A stretch of 64,000 nt of DNA, from IMG/VR virus record IMGVR_UViG_3300047564_002155, positions 64,001 through 128,000 of that record; one strand, given 5' to 3'. This document shows positions 49,623 to 60,233 of the stretch, one piece after another. Origin of the DNA: a virus. The position numbers were made by a program, and so were the translations under genes. A model generated the notes under the pieces. The model had not been told where the DNA came from, made no database searches, and saw nothing but the letters and a program-made list of their open reading frames with translations. Position 1 is the stretch's first letter. Every line of letters starts with the position of its first letter.

Positions 49623-50759
49623 ATGGCTAAAAAAGTAGAATCATCTCGTGATGAACTATCTTCAATTCTAGCTGCTAATCTCAACAAGAAGTTTAAGTCC
49701 GCCCACAAGGTGGCTTTCTTCTTGGATGGGTCAGAACAAACCCCTACCGATTTGGATGAGTGGGTTTCAACTGGCTCACCGATGTTAGACCTCGCCATTG
49801 CAAACCGACCCCACGGCGGTTTGCCGGTGGGTCGCATTACCGAGATTACGGGCTTGGAAGGAAGTGGTAAATCACTACTCGCAGCTCACGCTATTGCAGA
49901 TACTCAAAAGAAGGGTGGACTTGGTGTTTATATTGACACCGAGAACGCACTGAACCAAGAGTTTCTTGAGGCGATTGGAGTTGACATCAAAAAGATGTTG
50001 TATGTTCCATTGGAAACCGTGGAAGACATCTTTGAAGCAATTGATTCTATCATTGAATCAGTCCGTGCCGCCGATGGTGAAAAGAAGAAATTGGTAACTA
50101 TTGTAGTTGACTCCGTTGCCGGGGCTTCTACAAAAGTTGAAATTTCTGCTGACTACGACCAAGCTGGATACGCAACTCAAAAAGCTATTATTATTTCTAA
50201 AGCGATGAGAAAGGTCACGAACTTGATTGGTCGTGAACGAATCTCTCTAATCTTTACAAACCAACTTCGTACTCGTTTGGGTGTATCTTTTGGTGACCCT
50301 TGGACAACAAGTGGTGGTAAGGCAATCGCATTCCACTCATCGTGTCGTATCCGACTCAAACAAATGGGTCAGTTGAAAGCAAAGGTTGGTGGTGTAGACC
50401 AAGTAGTAGGTATTAAGACTCGTGCTCAAGTGATTAAAAATCGTATGGGTCCACCTCTCCGTTCTATTGATTACGATATCTACTTTGATAGTGGTATTGA
50501 CAATTATGGTTCGTGGTTGGAAATGATGAAGACCTACAAACTTGTAAATCAGACAGGCGCTTGGTATACCTATGTAGATACTGAAACTGGCGAAGAAATT
50601 AAGTTCCAAGCCAAGAACTTTGAAGAAATGATGGAGTCACGACCAGAACTGAAAGAGTCAATCTATCAGAAAATTTGTGATACTTACATTATGTCTTACA
50701 AAGAGTCAAGTGCTGAATCAAACATTGATAATATTGAAGTAACCGATTTTGATGATTAG
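49623..50759 (+). CDS. uvsX: RecA/UvsX recombinase
   Basis: STGS..LD, GGLPVGRITEITGLEGSGKS, VVDSV, FTNQLR and TSGGKA motifs. Confidence 0.95.
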   Translation: MAKKVESSRDELSSILAANLNKKFKSAHKVAFFLDGSEQTPTDLDEWVSTGSPMLDLAIANRPHGGLPVGRITEITGLEGSGKSLLAAHAIADTQKKGGLGVYIDTENALNQEFLEAIGVDIKKMLYVPLETVEDIFEAIDSIIESVRAADGEKKKLVTIVVDSVAGASTKVEISADYDQAGYATQKAIIISKAMRKVTNLIGRERISLIFTNQLRTRLGVSFGDPWTTSGGKAIAFHSSCRIRLKQMGQLKAKVGGVDQVVGIKTRAQVIKNRMGPPLRSIDYDIYFDSGIDNYGSWLEMMKTYKLVNQTGAWYTYVDTETGEEIKFQAKNFEEMMESRPELKESIYQKICDTYIMSYKESSAESNIDNIEVTDFDD

Positions 50760-51798
50760 TAAATACGCAGAACTCCTTAAAGAAGTTAAGAAAGAACATT
50801 TAGAGGTTAAAGATGAACACCTAAATGATAGAGTGCTTATTGTAGATGGGCTGAATCAGTTTATTCGTGTCTTTGGGGCAGTTCCTGCGTTAAATGACGA
50901 TGGTGAACACTGTGGTGGTATAACAGGTTTCTTGTTATCCACCGCAGCCTCCATCCGAACTCTTAAACCAACTCGTGTAGTTGTTGTATTTGATGGTAAG
51001 GGTGGTTCCCAGCGTAGAAAATCAAAATATAGTGGTTATAAAGAGGGTCGTACTGGTCTTACCAAAATCAACCGATTGGCTGGTTATGAAGACTTGGAAG
51101 ACCAACAACAATCAATGCGATATCAGTTCTCACGACTGATTGAATACCTACAAGTATTGCCGGTATCATTAACATATATTGACCACGTTGAAGCGGATGA
51201 TATCATTGCATATCTTGCAAATCATTATTTCCAAAAAGAAGTAGTAATTGTATCATCCGATAAGGATTTTCTTCAATTGGTAAATCCACGAATTAAAGTG
51301 TGGTCTTCTAATAAAAAGAAAATGTATGATGAGTCATTAGTTAGACAAGAATATGGTGTAATACCACAAAATCTTGTATTTTATCGTGTTCTAACCGGAG
51401 ACGCTTCTGATAATATCAAAGGTGTTAAAGGTGTTGGTGATAAAACCATAGAGTCTAAAATGTCATTCTTAAATAATGGTGAATTAGAGTTAGATGAGTT
51501 TATAAACGAATGTTCTAATGTAGATGAAAAGTTATCAAAAAAATTGATGGATAACATAGATGTTATACGAATGAACTTTGACCTTATGCAGCTACGAGAC
51601 CCTGAAATTGCATCATCTATAAAATCTAATGTTAGAGCCATTATGGATAATGGGACCAATCAATTGGATATGATTGAGTTTAAGAAAATGTTTATGGGTG
51701 ATAAATTATATACCGCTTTTGCTGATGTTGATTCTTGGTTAAGAAATTCTTTTCTAAATTTAGATACCCTCATTAAGAAGCATTTAAATGGTAAATGA
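50749..51798 (+). CDS. 5'-3' exonuclease / RNase H (FEN family)
   Basis: LIVDG, VFDG, YKEGR, EADD, SSDKDFLQL and GDASDNIKGVKGVG motifs. Confidence 0.92.
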   Translation: MMISKYAELLKEVKKEHLEVKDEHLNDRVLIVDGLNQFIRVFGAVPALNDDGEHCGGITGFLLSTAASIRTLKPTRVVVVFDGKGGSQRRKSKYSGYKEGRTGLTKINRLAGYEDLEDQQQSMRYQFSRLIEYLQVLPVSLTYIDHVEADDIIAYLANHYFQKEVVIVSSDKDFLQLVNPRIKVWSSNKKKMYDESLVRQEYGVIPQNLVFYRVLTGDASDNIKGVKGVGDKTIESKMSFLNNGELELDEFINECSNVDEKLSKKLMDNIDVIRMNFDLMQLRDPEIASSIKSNVRAIMDNGTNQLDMIEFKKMFMGDKLYTAFADVDSWLRNSFLNLDTLIKKHLNGK

Positions 51799-52330
51799 TT
51801 TTGATACACGAGTTTGGTATGGGTCAATACAATACGGACCATTCTCCGCTACTAATTGGTTTTCAATTGGTGGTGTAGAACACCCATTATTTAAAACTCT
51901 AATATCAAGGATAAAATCTGAAGTATCGGAAGTATATAACTTTGAGTTATACACTATGGGTGGTATTTTAGAAGATTGGATGAGCTGGGATGTTGACTTT
52001 GCTTTAATAGGTGAATACAAACCAGAACTAATTAAAAAGTGTTTTGAGGGTATTGTTGGTATAGCGTTTGATTTACATTTGTATGTGGATTTACAATATC
52101 AAGAAAAATTATGGCGAATTGATGAATTCTCAAAAACAGGTCAACTAAACGAAATACACGAAAACTACGAATTATCAAACTATTTTGTAAGAGATGGTCA
52201 GATTGAAGACCTCAGCCACTATCAATTGGTTGATGGAATCTACAAGCGTAATGTAATATATCCATTTCCAAAACACATTGAAAAATATGCAGAAGGTTAT
52301 GTTTATAAATCACCACTTCGTTTGGTTTAA
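51788..52330 (+). CDS. Hypothetical protein, possible nucleotidyltransferase fold
   Basis: MGGIL.....WDVDF resembles hG[GS]...DhD. Confidence 0.45.
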   Translation: MVNDFDTRVWYGSIQYGPFSATNWFSIGGVEHPLFKTLISRIKSEVSEVYNFELYTMGGILEDWMSWDVDFALIGEYKPELIKKCFEGIVGIAFDLHLYVDLQYQEKLWRIDEFSKTGQLNEIHENYELSNYFVRDGQIEDLSHYQLVDGIYKRNVIYPFPKHIEKYAEGYVYKSPLRLV

Positions 52331-52332
52331 GA

Positions 52333-52364
52333 TTTGGATAATTCAAAATAAAGTCGTATATTAG
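52333..52364 (+). promoter_or_regulatory. Bacteroidota-type promoter variant
   Basis: TTTG-N20-TATATTAG. Confidence 0.65.
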
Positions 52365-52369
52365 TGTCT

Positions 52370-53728
52370 ATGGAAAAATTCGGAAGTAAATACGGAACCT
52401 CGTTCCAAAATAAAATTATATCGGCGCTGTTAGGTGATAGGAGTTTTTCTCGCCAAGTATTTGACATCCTAAAACCAGAATACTTTGATTCAGAATCATC
52501 GGAGTGGCTGGTTCGTGAGGTTATGTCTTATGTTGAAGAATACGAAAAACTACCAACGCTGGATGTGTTGAAAGTCCGAATCAATACCATAGATAGGGAT
52601 GTTCTAAAAACAACTGTTGTAGACACACTTAAATTTGCGTGGAATCACCTTGAAAGTGATGACTTGGAGTATGTTAAAGAACAAACCCTTGACTTTTGTA
52701 AAAATCAATGTATTAAGAATGCTATCCTTGATTCCGTAGAGTTATTAGAACAAGGTAAGTATGAAGTGATTAAAAAGAAAGTTGATGATGCTATGAAAGC
52801 AGGTCAAGATTCTGATTTAGGTCACGAATACAAAACTATGATTACTGAACGATACGAAGATTCTATCAGAAATGTAGTATCAACGGGATGGCAGGTTATT
52901 GATGAAATTACGCAAGGTGGTTTTGGAAAAGGTGAGTTGGTTTTATTTGCCGCCCCTCCTGGCATCGGTAAGTCGTGGTCTTTAGTTAACATCGGCGTGG
53001 CGGCTATGAAATTAGGTAAGACTGTGGCTCACTACACCCTTGAATTAAATGAAGGGTATGTAGGACAAAGATACGATGCTGTTTTGAGTAAGATTGCAGT
53101 TGCAAATCTGAAATACAATATGGAAGATGTTAAAAAATCAGTTACGAGTGTAAAAGGAGACCTGATTGTAAAACATTACCCAACCAAAACCGCCAGCGTG
53201 ACTTCATTGAAAGCCCATATGGATAAGATGATTTTACAAGGTAAAAAACCTGATGTTGTAATAGTGGACTACGCTGACCTACTTCGTGGACCATCAAATA
53301 AGGAACGACACGAAGAATTAGAGACTATTTTTGAAGACTTGAGGGGTATGGCTGGTGAGTATGAAGTCCCTATCTATACAGCATCTCAAATCAATCGTAG
53401 TGGAGCAGAAGATGACATTATTACAGGCACAAAAATCGCAGGTTCATTCTCCAAAATGATGACTGCTGACTTTGTAGTATCCCTTTCTCGTAAGATTGAA
53501 GACAAACTTGCTGGGACAGGAAGATGGCACGTTATTAAGAATCGTTTTGGTCCTGATGGTATGACTTTCCCATCAAAAGCTAACTTCTCTACGGGCGAAA
53601 TTTCCATCTATAATGAAGATTCCATTTCTGGTCAACAAACCAAAAAAGAGATGAAAGGTGGGGAGAGTTTAGTAAGAAAAGAACTTGCTCAAAAATATAA
53701 AGAAATGAAGGGTGAAATAGATTTTTAA
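52370..53728 (+). CDS. Replicative DnaB-like helicase (gp41-like)
   Basis: APPGIGKS, TLEL, IVDYADL, TASQINR and IKNRFG motifs. Confidence 0.93.
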   Translation: MEKFGSKYGTSFQNKIISALLGDRSFSRQVFDILKPEYFDSESSEWLVREVMSYVEEYEKLPTLDVLKVRINTIDRDVLKTTVVDTLKFAWNHLESDDLEYVKEQTLDFCKNQCIKNAILDSVELLEQGKYEVIKKKVDDAMKAGQDSDLGHEYKTMITERYEDSIRNVVSTGWQVIDEITQGGFGKGELVLFAAPPGIGKSWSLVNIGVAAMKLGKTVAHYTLELNEGYVGQRYDAVLSKIAVANLKYNMEDVKKSVTSVKGDLIVKHYPTKTASVTSLKAHMDKMILQGKKPDVVIVDYADLLRGPSNKERHEELETIFEDLRGMAGEYEVPIYTASQINRSGAEDDIITGTKIAGSFSKMMTADFVVSLSRKIEDKLAGTGRWHVIKNRFGPDGMTFPSKANFSTGEISIYNEDSISGQQTKKEMKGGESLVRKELAQKYKEMKGEIDF

Positions 53729-53785
53729 CTACTATGTATATTCACCCACACCAAAATATGTCTAACAATTTAACGGAGAAATCGC

Positions 53786-54778
53786 ATGTCACTATTTGAT
53801 GAACGAATCCCATACAAACCCTTTGAGTATCCTGTTTACTATACCGAAGGTTGGCTGAAACAAGCTCAAGCATTCTGGCTACACACCGAAATCCCAATGC
53901 AAGGGGATGTGAAAGATTGGAATGAAAATATGTCAGTTTCCGAAAAAAACTTGGTAGGAAACATTCTTTTAGGATTCGCTCAAACTGAATGTGCTGTCTC
54001 TGATTATTGGACTACAATGGTAACCAATTGGTTTCCAAAGCACGAAATCAAACAAATGGCTATGATGTTTGGTTCACAAGAAACTATTCACGCTACGGCT
54101 TACTCATATTTAAACGAAACTCTTGGTCTTGAAGACTTTGAAGCGTTCCTACACGAGCCCGCTACTGCTGAAAAGTTTGAATTGTTGATTCAGACCAAAG
54201 CAGAGTACAACCACGAAGATTTAAAGTGGAACAAAGACGCACGAGAGGATGTTGCTCGTTCACTTGCAATCTTCTCCGCTTTTGCAGAAGGTGTATCACT
54301 TTACTCATCATTTGCGGTTCTTTACTCATTCCAAATGAGAAATCTTTTGAAGGGTATTGGTCAACAAATGAAGTGGTCGGTTCGTGATGAATCACTACAC
54401 TCAAAAATGGGATGCCAACTTTTCAGACATATGTGTGATGAGTTTCCTGGTCTGAAGGGTGATGTTAGAGATTCAGTTATTGAAGCAGCTGAGCTAATTG
54501 TAAAGTTGGAAGAAAACTTTATTGACAAAATGTTTGAAATGGGTGACCTTGAAAATCTTAACTCAAAAGATTTAAAAAACTTCATCCGTAAGCGTGCTAA
54601 TGAAAAATTAGTGGAGTTGGGATACGAACCTCACTTCAACTACGAAAAGGAATCTGCTGATGAATTAGAGTGGTTCTATCACTTAACAGGTGGTTTGACT
54701 CATACCGACTTCTTTGCACTCCGACCAACCGATTACTCCAAGGCTAACGAGGGTGAAAATTGGGATGATATATTCTAA
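53786..54778 (+). CDS. nrdB: Ribonucleotide reductase class Ia beta subunit
   Basis: ETIHATAYS, EGVSLYSSF, RDESLH and HTDFF motifs. Confidence 0.95.
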   Translation: MSLFDERIPYKPFEYPVYYTEGWLKQAQAFWLHTEIPMQGDVKDWNENMSVSEKNLVGNILLGFAQTECAVSDYWTTMVTNWFPKHEIKQMAMMFGSQETIHATAYSYLNETLGLEDFEAFLHEPATAEKFELLIQTKAEYNHEDLKWNKDAREDVARSLAIFSAFAEGVSLYSSFAVLYSFQMRNLLKGIGQQMKWSVRDESLHSKMGCQLFRHMCDEFPGLKGDVRDSVIEAAELIVKLEENFIDKMFEMGDLENLNSKDLKNFIRKRANEKLVELGYEPHFNYEKESADELEWFYHLTGGLTHTDFFALRPTDYSKANEGENWDDIF

Positions 54779-54787
54779 ATAAATTAT

Positions 54788-55096
54788 ATGAAAACATTTG
54801 ATGAACTAATTGAAAACATCACTCAATGGGCTGATGATAAGGGAATCCTATCCCAAGAAAATGCTCCAAAACAATCTATGAAGGTTGTAGAGGAGTTAGG
54901 AGAAACGATGGGAGCAATCCTAAAAAGTAAAGATGAAGAAATTAAAGATGGATTGGGTGATACTTTTGTCACTTTGATTATTCTGTCTAAACAATTAGGA
55001 TACGAACCATCCGAATGTTTAGAAGCTGCGTGGAATGAAATCAAAGACCGAAAAGGTAAAACTCAAAACGGAATTTTTGTAAAAGAGGAAAACTAA
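54788..55096 (+). CDS. MazG-like nucleotide pyrophosphohydrolase
   Basis: EELGE...DGLGD, and AWNEIKDRKG. Confidence 0.85.
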   Translation: MKTFDELIENITQWADDKGILSQENAPKQSMKVVEELGETMGAILKSKDEEIKDGLGDTFVTLIILSKQLGYEPSECLEAAWNEIKDRKGKTQNGIFVKEEN

Positions 55097-56883
55097 TGGC
55101 TAAGAATTATGGTGAAGAGCTAGGGTGGGAACTTGGTGTAGATTTCCCAATTTGGGGTAATACTGAAATTTATGTTAAAACAATCTCAAAGGGATACTTA
55201 CTCGCAGGAGAAACCCCAAAAGACGCATATTGGAGGGTATCAACCGCTGTTGCACGCAGGTTGGGTAAACCTCATCTTGCTAGCAAGTTTTTTGATTATA
55301 TTTGGCGTGGCTGGCTTAACCTTGCTACTCCTGTACTTTCTAATACTGGCACCGATAGGGGTCTTCCGATATCTTGTTTCGGTATTGATGTCGGTGATTC
55401 AATCCAAGAAATTGGTACGAAAAACCTTGAAATGATGCTACTCGCCAAACACGGTGGCGGTGTTGGTATTGGTGTAAATCAGATTAGAGCGGCTGGTAGT
55501 AAAATCACCGGAAACGGAACATCTGATGGTGTAGTTCCATTTTGTAAAATCTACGACTCAACGATTCTCGCTACAAGCCAAGGGTCAGTTCGTAGGGGAG
55601 CTGCTTCAATCAACCTAAACATTGAACACGGTGATTTTGATGAGTGGATTGAAATTCGTGAACCAAAGGGTGATGTAAACCGCCAGTCTTTGAACCTACA
55701 CCAAGCGGTAATCATCGGTGATAAGTTTATGAGAAAACTTGAAGAGGGTGACGCTGAAGCAAGACGCAAGTGGGGTAAGGTTCTTCAAAAGAGAAAAGCT
55801 ACTGGCGAACCTTATATTATGTTTAAGGGTAATGTAAACAAGAACAACCCCGAAGCATACAAACAAAATGGGTTGAAAGTCTTTATGACTAACATTTGTT
55901 CGGAGATTACACTTCACACGGATGAATCACACTCTTTTGTATGTTGTTTATCATCAGTCAATTTGGCTAAATACGATGAGTGGAAAGACACCGACCTTAT
56001 CTACACCGCAATTTGGTTTTTGGATGGTGTATTGGAAGAATTCATTCAGAGAGCCAAGAATATGAGAGGATTTGAAAATTCTATCCGTTCTGCTGAAAAG
56101 GGCCGTGCTTTAGGACTTGGAGTTCTTGGATGGCATACTTACTTACAACAACGAGGTCTACCATTTGAAGGTCTACAAGGTCAGTTTGAAACTCGTAGAA
56201 TTTTTTCTGGCATTCGTATTGAAGCTGAAAGAGCAAGTAGAGATATGGCTGAAGAATATGGTGAACCACTATGGTGTGTTGGTACGGGTATGAGAAATAC
56301 TCACTTGATGGCTATCGCTCCGACTGTATCAAACTCAAAATTGAGTGGTAATGTATCTGCTGGAATTGAACCTTGGGCTGCAAATGTATTTACGGAACAA
56401 ACCGCTAAAGGAACTTTTATTCGTAGAAACCCTGAATTGGAAAAGGTATTCCGTAAAATTGGTATCAACAATAAAGATACTTGGGATAAAATTTTACAAG
56501 ATGGTGGTTCAGTTCAAGATATTGCTGAATTAGACAATTGGGGATACCTCAATGGTAAGTTAACCAATCGTTCAGATATGACCGAATCTAATTTTCAAAA
56601 TAAAGAAATTGATTGGGTAAAGGATGTATTCAAAACATTCAAAGAAATTAACCAATTAGATTTGGTAAAACAAGCTGGAATTCGCCAACAATATGTGGAC
56701 CAATCGGTTTCTCTAAATCTGGCGTTTCCATCTCAAGCAACTCCAAAGTGGATTAACCAAGTCCATATGGAAGCTTGGAAGCAGGGAATTAAAACCTTGT
56801 ATTATATGAGAACGGAGTCGGTTCTTCGTGGTGATATCGCTATAAAAGCTACCGACCCTGATTGTTTAAGTTGTGATGGATAG
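55096..56883 (+). CDS. nrdA: Ribonucleotide reductase class Ia alpha subunit
   Basis: PISCF, TNICSEI, CCLSS, APTVS, KTLYY and C-terminal CLSCDG motifs. Confidence 0.95.
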   Translation: MAKNYGEELGWELGVDFPIWGNTEIYVKTISKGYLLAGETPKDAYWRVSTAVARRLGKPHLASKFFDYIWRGWLNLATPVLSNTGTDRGLPISCFGIDVGDSIQEIGTKNLEMMLLAKHGGGVGIGVNQIRAAGSKITGNGTSDGVVPFCKIYDSTILATSQGSVRRGAASINLNIEHGDFDEWIEIREPKGDVNRQSLNLHQAVIIGDKFMRKLEEGDAEARRKWGKVLQKRKATGEPYIMFKGNVNKNNPEAYKQNGLKVFMTNICSEITLHTDESHSFVCCLSSVNLAKYDEWKDTDLIYTAIWFLDGVLEEFIQRAKNMRGFENSIRSAEKGRALGLGVLGWHTYLQQRGLPFEGLQGQFETRRIFSGIRIEAERASRDMAEEYGEPLWCVGTGMRNTHLMAIAPTVSNSKLSGNVSAGIEPWAANVFTEQTAKGTFIRRNPELEKVFRKIGINNKDTWDKILQDGGSVQDIAELDNWGYLNGKLTNRSDMTESNFQNKEIDWVKDVFKTFKEINQLDLVKQAGIRQQYVDQSVSLNLAFPSQATPKWINQVHMEAWKQGIKTLYYMRTESVLRGDIAIKATDPDCLSCDG

Positions 56884-56893
56884 AGATATAAAA

Positions 56894-57892
56894 ATGAAAC
56901 ATAAAGTAGAATATGTTTGGTTAGATGGTTATAAGCCAGAACCAAACCTCCGCTCTAAAACAAAGATTGTAGATGGTGCTGGTGGGTTGAAATTAGAAGA
57001 TTTGCCTGAATGGGGATTTGATGGTTCATCAACCCAACAGGCGGAAGGACACTTTTCGGATTGTCTTCTAAAACCTGTAAAGTTGGTGATAGACCCACAA
57101 CGAACCAATGGTTGGATTGTATTGTGTGAAGTTCTGAATCCAGATGGAACACCACACCCATCAAATATGAGAGCACACTTGGAAGACCATCCAAATAATT
57201 GGTATGGGTTTGAGCAAGAATACACTTTTGTAGAAGATGGTAGACCGGTCGGATTCCCCAAAGATGGATACCCTGCACCACAAGGACAATACTATTGTGG
57301 AGTTGGTGGTGGATTGGTATCTGCAAGAAATGTAGTTGAAGAACACTTGGTTGTGTGTTTAGCTGCAGGATTAGATATTACCGGTATCAACGCTGAAGTG
57401 ATGTTGGGGCAATGGGAGTTCCAAGTTATGGGTAAGGGTAATAAGGATGCTTGCGACCAATTGTGGATTGCAAGATACTTTCTACATAGAATTTCCGAAG
57501 ACTATGATTTTAAAGTAGAGTTTCATCCAAAACCAATGGTTGGTGATTGGAATGGTTCCGGTCTACATACTAACTTCTCAACCAAAGAAATGAGAGAAGT
57601 AGGTGGTAAAGAACTATTTGATAATATCTTTTCAGCATTTGAAAGAAACCATATCAAGCACATTGCAAACTATGGTTCATCAAACGAAATGAGATTGACC
57701 GGTAGACACGAAACTCAATCAATTGATAAGTTCAGTTGGGGAGTTTCGGATAGAGGTTCTTCTATCCGAGTTCCACAAGCAACTGCTAAAGAGTGGATTG
57801 GTTACTTGGAAGATAGAAGACCTGCGTCAAACGCTGACCCCTACCGAATCGTAAGGGTTATTGAACAATCTTTGAAAGAGGTAAATTTATGA
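56894..57892 (+). CDS. glnII: Glutamine synthetase type II
   Basis: EYVWLDG, LRSKT, WGFDGSST, GFEQEY, GINAEVMLGQWEFQ, WNGSGLHTNFS, RLTGRHET and EDRRPASN motifs. Confidence 0.93.
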   Translation: MKHKVEYVWLDGYKPEPNLRSKTKIVDGAGGLKLEDLPEWGFDGSSTQQAEGHFSDCLLKPVKLVIDPQRTNGWIVLCEVLNPDGTPHPSNMRAHLEDHPNNWYGFEQEYTFVEDGRPVGFPKDGYPAPQGQYYCGVGGGLVSARNVVEEHLVVCLAAGLDITGINAEVMLGQWEFQVMGKGNKDACDQLWIARYFLHRISEDYDFKVEFHPKPMVGDWNGSGLHTNFSTKEMREVGGKELFDNIFSAFERNHIKHIANYGSSNEMRLTGRHETQSIDKFSWGVSDRGSSIRVPQATAKEWIGYLEDRRPASNADPYRIVRVIEQSLKEVNL

Positions 57893-58455
57893 TTATTATT
57901 GATAATTTTATTAAAGACCAAGAGTTTCTAAACAAGATTAGAAACGACAAAACTTTTTTTGATACAAAAGGATATCATTGGTGGGATGGTTGGTGGAGTT
58001 CTCCAGCGGATACTATCAAAAAACAATTGATTGAGTATATTTGGAGAGATAATTGTCCACCGGACCACATCTATGAATTGTATGGGTTTGAGTATTGGAT
58101 TGGAACGTATTCAGCATCCGAAGTTGGTGATGGTAATACTGACAATCTAAATATGCACTTTGATAAAGATGAGTTTTGGTTCAAAGAGACTGGTGAGTTA
58201 CGAGTCCCTATTATGGGTACGGTTTTCTATCCGTGGGAACACGATATTGATGGTGGATACCTTGAAGTATTTTCAAAAGAAGGTGAAGAGCCAGAACGAA
58301 TTGCTGCCGTTCCAAATAGGTTGATTATTTTTCCTGCTGGAAAGTATCCACATAAAGTTACTCAAGTGACTCGTGGAACCAGATACGCAATTGCAATTAA
58401 TTTGTGGGATGTTCTACCGTCTGGAGTTTCCAACGGGCAAATGATGTATGAATGA
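57889..58455 (+). CDS. 2OG-Fe(II) oxygenase
   Basis: HFDKDE (HxD), GGYL, NRLIIF and HKVTQVTRGTR motifs. Confidence 0.82.
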   Translation: MIIIDNFIKDQEFLNKIRNDKTFFDTKGYHWWDGWWSSPADTIKKQLIEYIWRDNCPPDHIYELYGFEYWIGTYSASEVGDGNTDNLNMHFDKDEFWFKETGELRVPIMGTVFYPWEHDIDGGYLEVFSKEGEEPERIAAVPNRLIIFPAGKYPHKVTQVTRGTRYAIAINLWDVLPSGVSNGQMMYE

Positions 58456-58466
58456 TAACATTTAGA

Positions 58467-58670
58467 ATGTCGTTACGAGGAGAATCACACCCACAACATA
58501 AACTAACGGAAGACCAAGTAAAATCTATTCGTAAGTTGTGGGCTATTGGGCATAGAAACATTCGTGTTCTTGCACGAAACAATGGCGTATCATCCGCTAA
58601 CATTCGTAAGATTGTAAAAGGTGAAACTTGGACTCATATTCTTTTTGGTGAATTCAATGACTACCAATGA
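58467..58670 (+). CDS. Stand-alone HTH resembling the C-terminal DNA-binding module of HNH homing endonucleases
   Basis: RGESHPQHKLTEDQVKSIR...LARNNGVS...I..IVKGETW.H. Confidence 0.65.
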   Translation: MSLRGESHPQHKLTEDQVKSIRKLWAIGHRNIRVLARNNGVSSANIRKIVKGETWTHILFGEFNDYQ

Positions 58671-59428
58671 AAGTAGAAGGTAAGATATATTTTGACCCAT
58701 CCAAATTTTCAGTAAGACCTATTGCAAAATCAGTTGCAAAGGACATTATTGTAAACAACCATTATAGTGGTATTTGGACAAAAGTATCTTATGCTTTAGG
58801 GCTTTTTTACAAGTCGGAAACGGAACACCAATTTTTTAGTGGAGTCAACGAAGAGTTGGTCGGAGTTGCTACTTATGGAGACCCCATCGGTAGACATTCC
58901 GGCCAATCTATTTCGCCACTACTTGACCGAACTGAAGTCCTTGAACTTACACGACTATTTGTTTTTGATGGCTATGGGTGTAATGTAGAGAGTTGGTTTG
59001 TTAGTCAGACCTTTAAGTGGTTAAGGGAAAACGCCCCACACATTAGAGGGTTGATTTCATACTCTGACCCCAAGGTAGGTCATAAGGGGACGGTTTATAT
59101 GTCTACCAATTGGATTTATCAAGGTAATCGTATTAGACCCAACGACTCGTGGTTATTCAAGTGGGAAGAGGGTGGTGAGTGGACACATTCACGAACATCA
59201 TATGTAAAGTTTGGAACCAATAATCCAAAAAAAATCCAAGAGATGACCGCCGCTCCATTTTGGATAAAAAAGGAACTTCGCAAACATCGGTATGTTTATA
59301 TTTTGGATAATTCAAAAAAAAGTCGTATATTGAAGAACCTAAAATATCCATCATTACCATATCCAACGGAAAACGAGGAGTTCATAGAAGAAATCTACAA
59401 ATTAGACCCAATTGAAAGAGGACAATAA
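58667..59428 (+). CDS. Mom-like (GNAT) DNA-modification protein, paralogue 1
   Basis: NHYS, LELTRL and ISYSDPKVGHKGTVYMSTNW motifs. Confidence 0.75.
   Translation: MKVEGKIYFDPSKFSVRPIAKSVAKDIIVNNHYSGIWTKVSYALGLFYKSETEHQFFSGVNEELVGVATYGDPIGRHSGQSISPLLDRTEVLELTRLFVFDGYGCNVESWFVSQTFKWLRENAPHIRGLISYSDPKVGHKGTVYMSTNWIYQGNRIRPNDSWLFKWEEGGEWTHSRTSYVKFGTNNPKKIQEMTAAPFWIKKELRKHRYVYILDNSKKSRILKNLKYPSLPYPTENEEFIEEIYKLDPIERGQ
59302..59333 (+). promoter_or_regulatory. Promoter-like copy inside coding sequence
   Basis: tttggataattcaaaaaaaagtcgtatatt differs at one base from 52333-52362. Confidence 0.55.
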
Positions 59429-60206
59429 GACATATGTAGACACTTCACGAGTTACCATTCGTGAAATCAACAAAGCCATCGCAAAGGATATGATTGTGAC
59501 CTATCACTATTCCCACGCTTGGACTATGTGTAGATACGCATTGGGTATTTTTTACAAAACCGATGAAAAGGACATTCTTGGAAATGATGAGCAATTGATT
59601 GGAGTTGCTGTGTATGGATTTCCTGTTGGTAGGTCGGCTGTGACCTCTATCATTGATGGGTTGGGTAATGACCAATGTTTGGAGCTAACACGATTGTTCA
59701 TCCACGATGGTTATGGGTCAAATATTGAATCATACGCATTGGGACAAACATTTAAGTGGATGAGGGAACACGCCCCCAACATCAAAATGTTATTGTCGTA
59801 TTCAGACCCATTCCAAGGTCATTTGGGTGGTATCTATCGTGCTACCAATTGGTTATTCCAAGACACCAACAAAATCCAATTGATGCCGAACTATGGTATT
59901 TCATTAGAAGGTGAAAATGGAACTTATATTCACTCACGAACTGTATTTTCAAAGTGGGGCTCGCATAATCTTGAACATTTGAAAACTGAAATTGGTAAGG
60001 ATGGGTATAAAGAGTTCTGGCGTAGAAAAGAAATGTCTAAACTACGATACATTCAGATTCTACCAACAAACAAAGGTGAGAAGAAGAAACTGATGAACTC
60101 ACTTAAACATCCGTGTGAAACTCCACCAAAGGATATCAGCGACATCTTACCAAAGAGTGAACGATACGAAACTTACGAGCCAGAAAATATGGTTAGTTTT
60201 TGGTAG
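59412..60206 (+). CDS. Mom-like (GNAT) DNA-modification protein, paralogue 2
   Basis: YHYS, LELTRL and LSYSDPFQGHLGGIYRATNW motifs; TTG start. Confidence 0.75.
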   Translation: MKEDNKTYVDTSRVTIREINKAIAKDMIVTYHYSHAWTMCRYALGIFYKTDEKDILGNDEQLIGVAVYGFPVGRSAVTSIIDGLGNDQCLELTRLFIHDGYGSNIESYALGQTFKWMREHAPNIKMLLSYSDPFQGHLGGIYRATNWLFQDTNKIQLMPNYGISLEGENGTYIHSRTVFSKWGSHNLEHLKTEIGKDGYKEFWRRKEMSKLRYIQILPTNKGEKKKLMNSLKHPCETPPKDISDILPKSERYETYEPENMVSFW

Positions 60207-60233
60207 ACTTTGACCAAAAAAATACTAAATAAT

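Noticed and set aside
58467-58670. Homing endonuclease or intron
   Set aside because: Only the small HTH module is present, with no HNH catalytic motif, and the neighbouring genes are uninterrupted.
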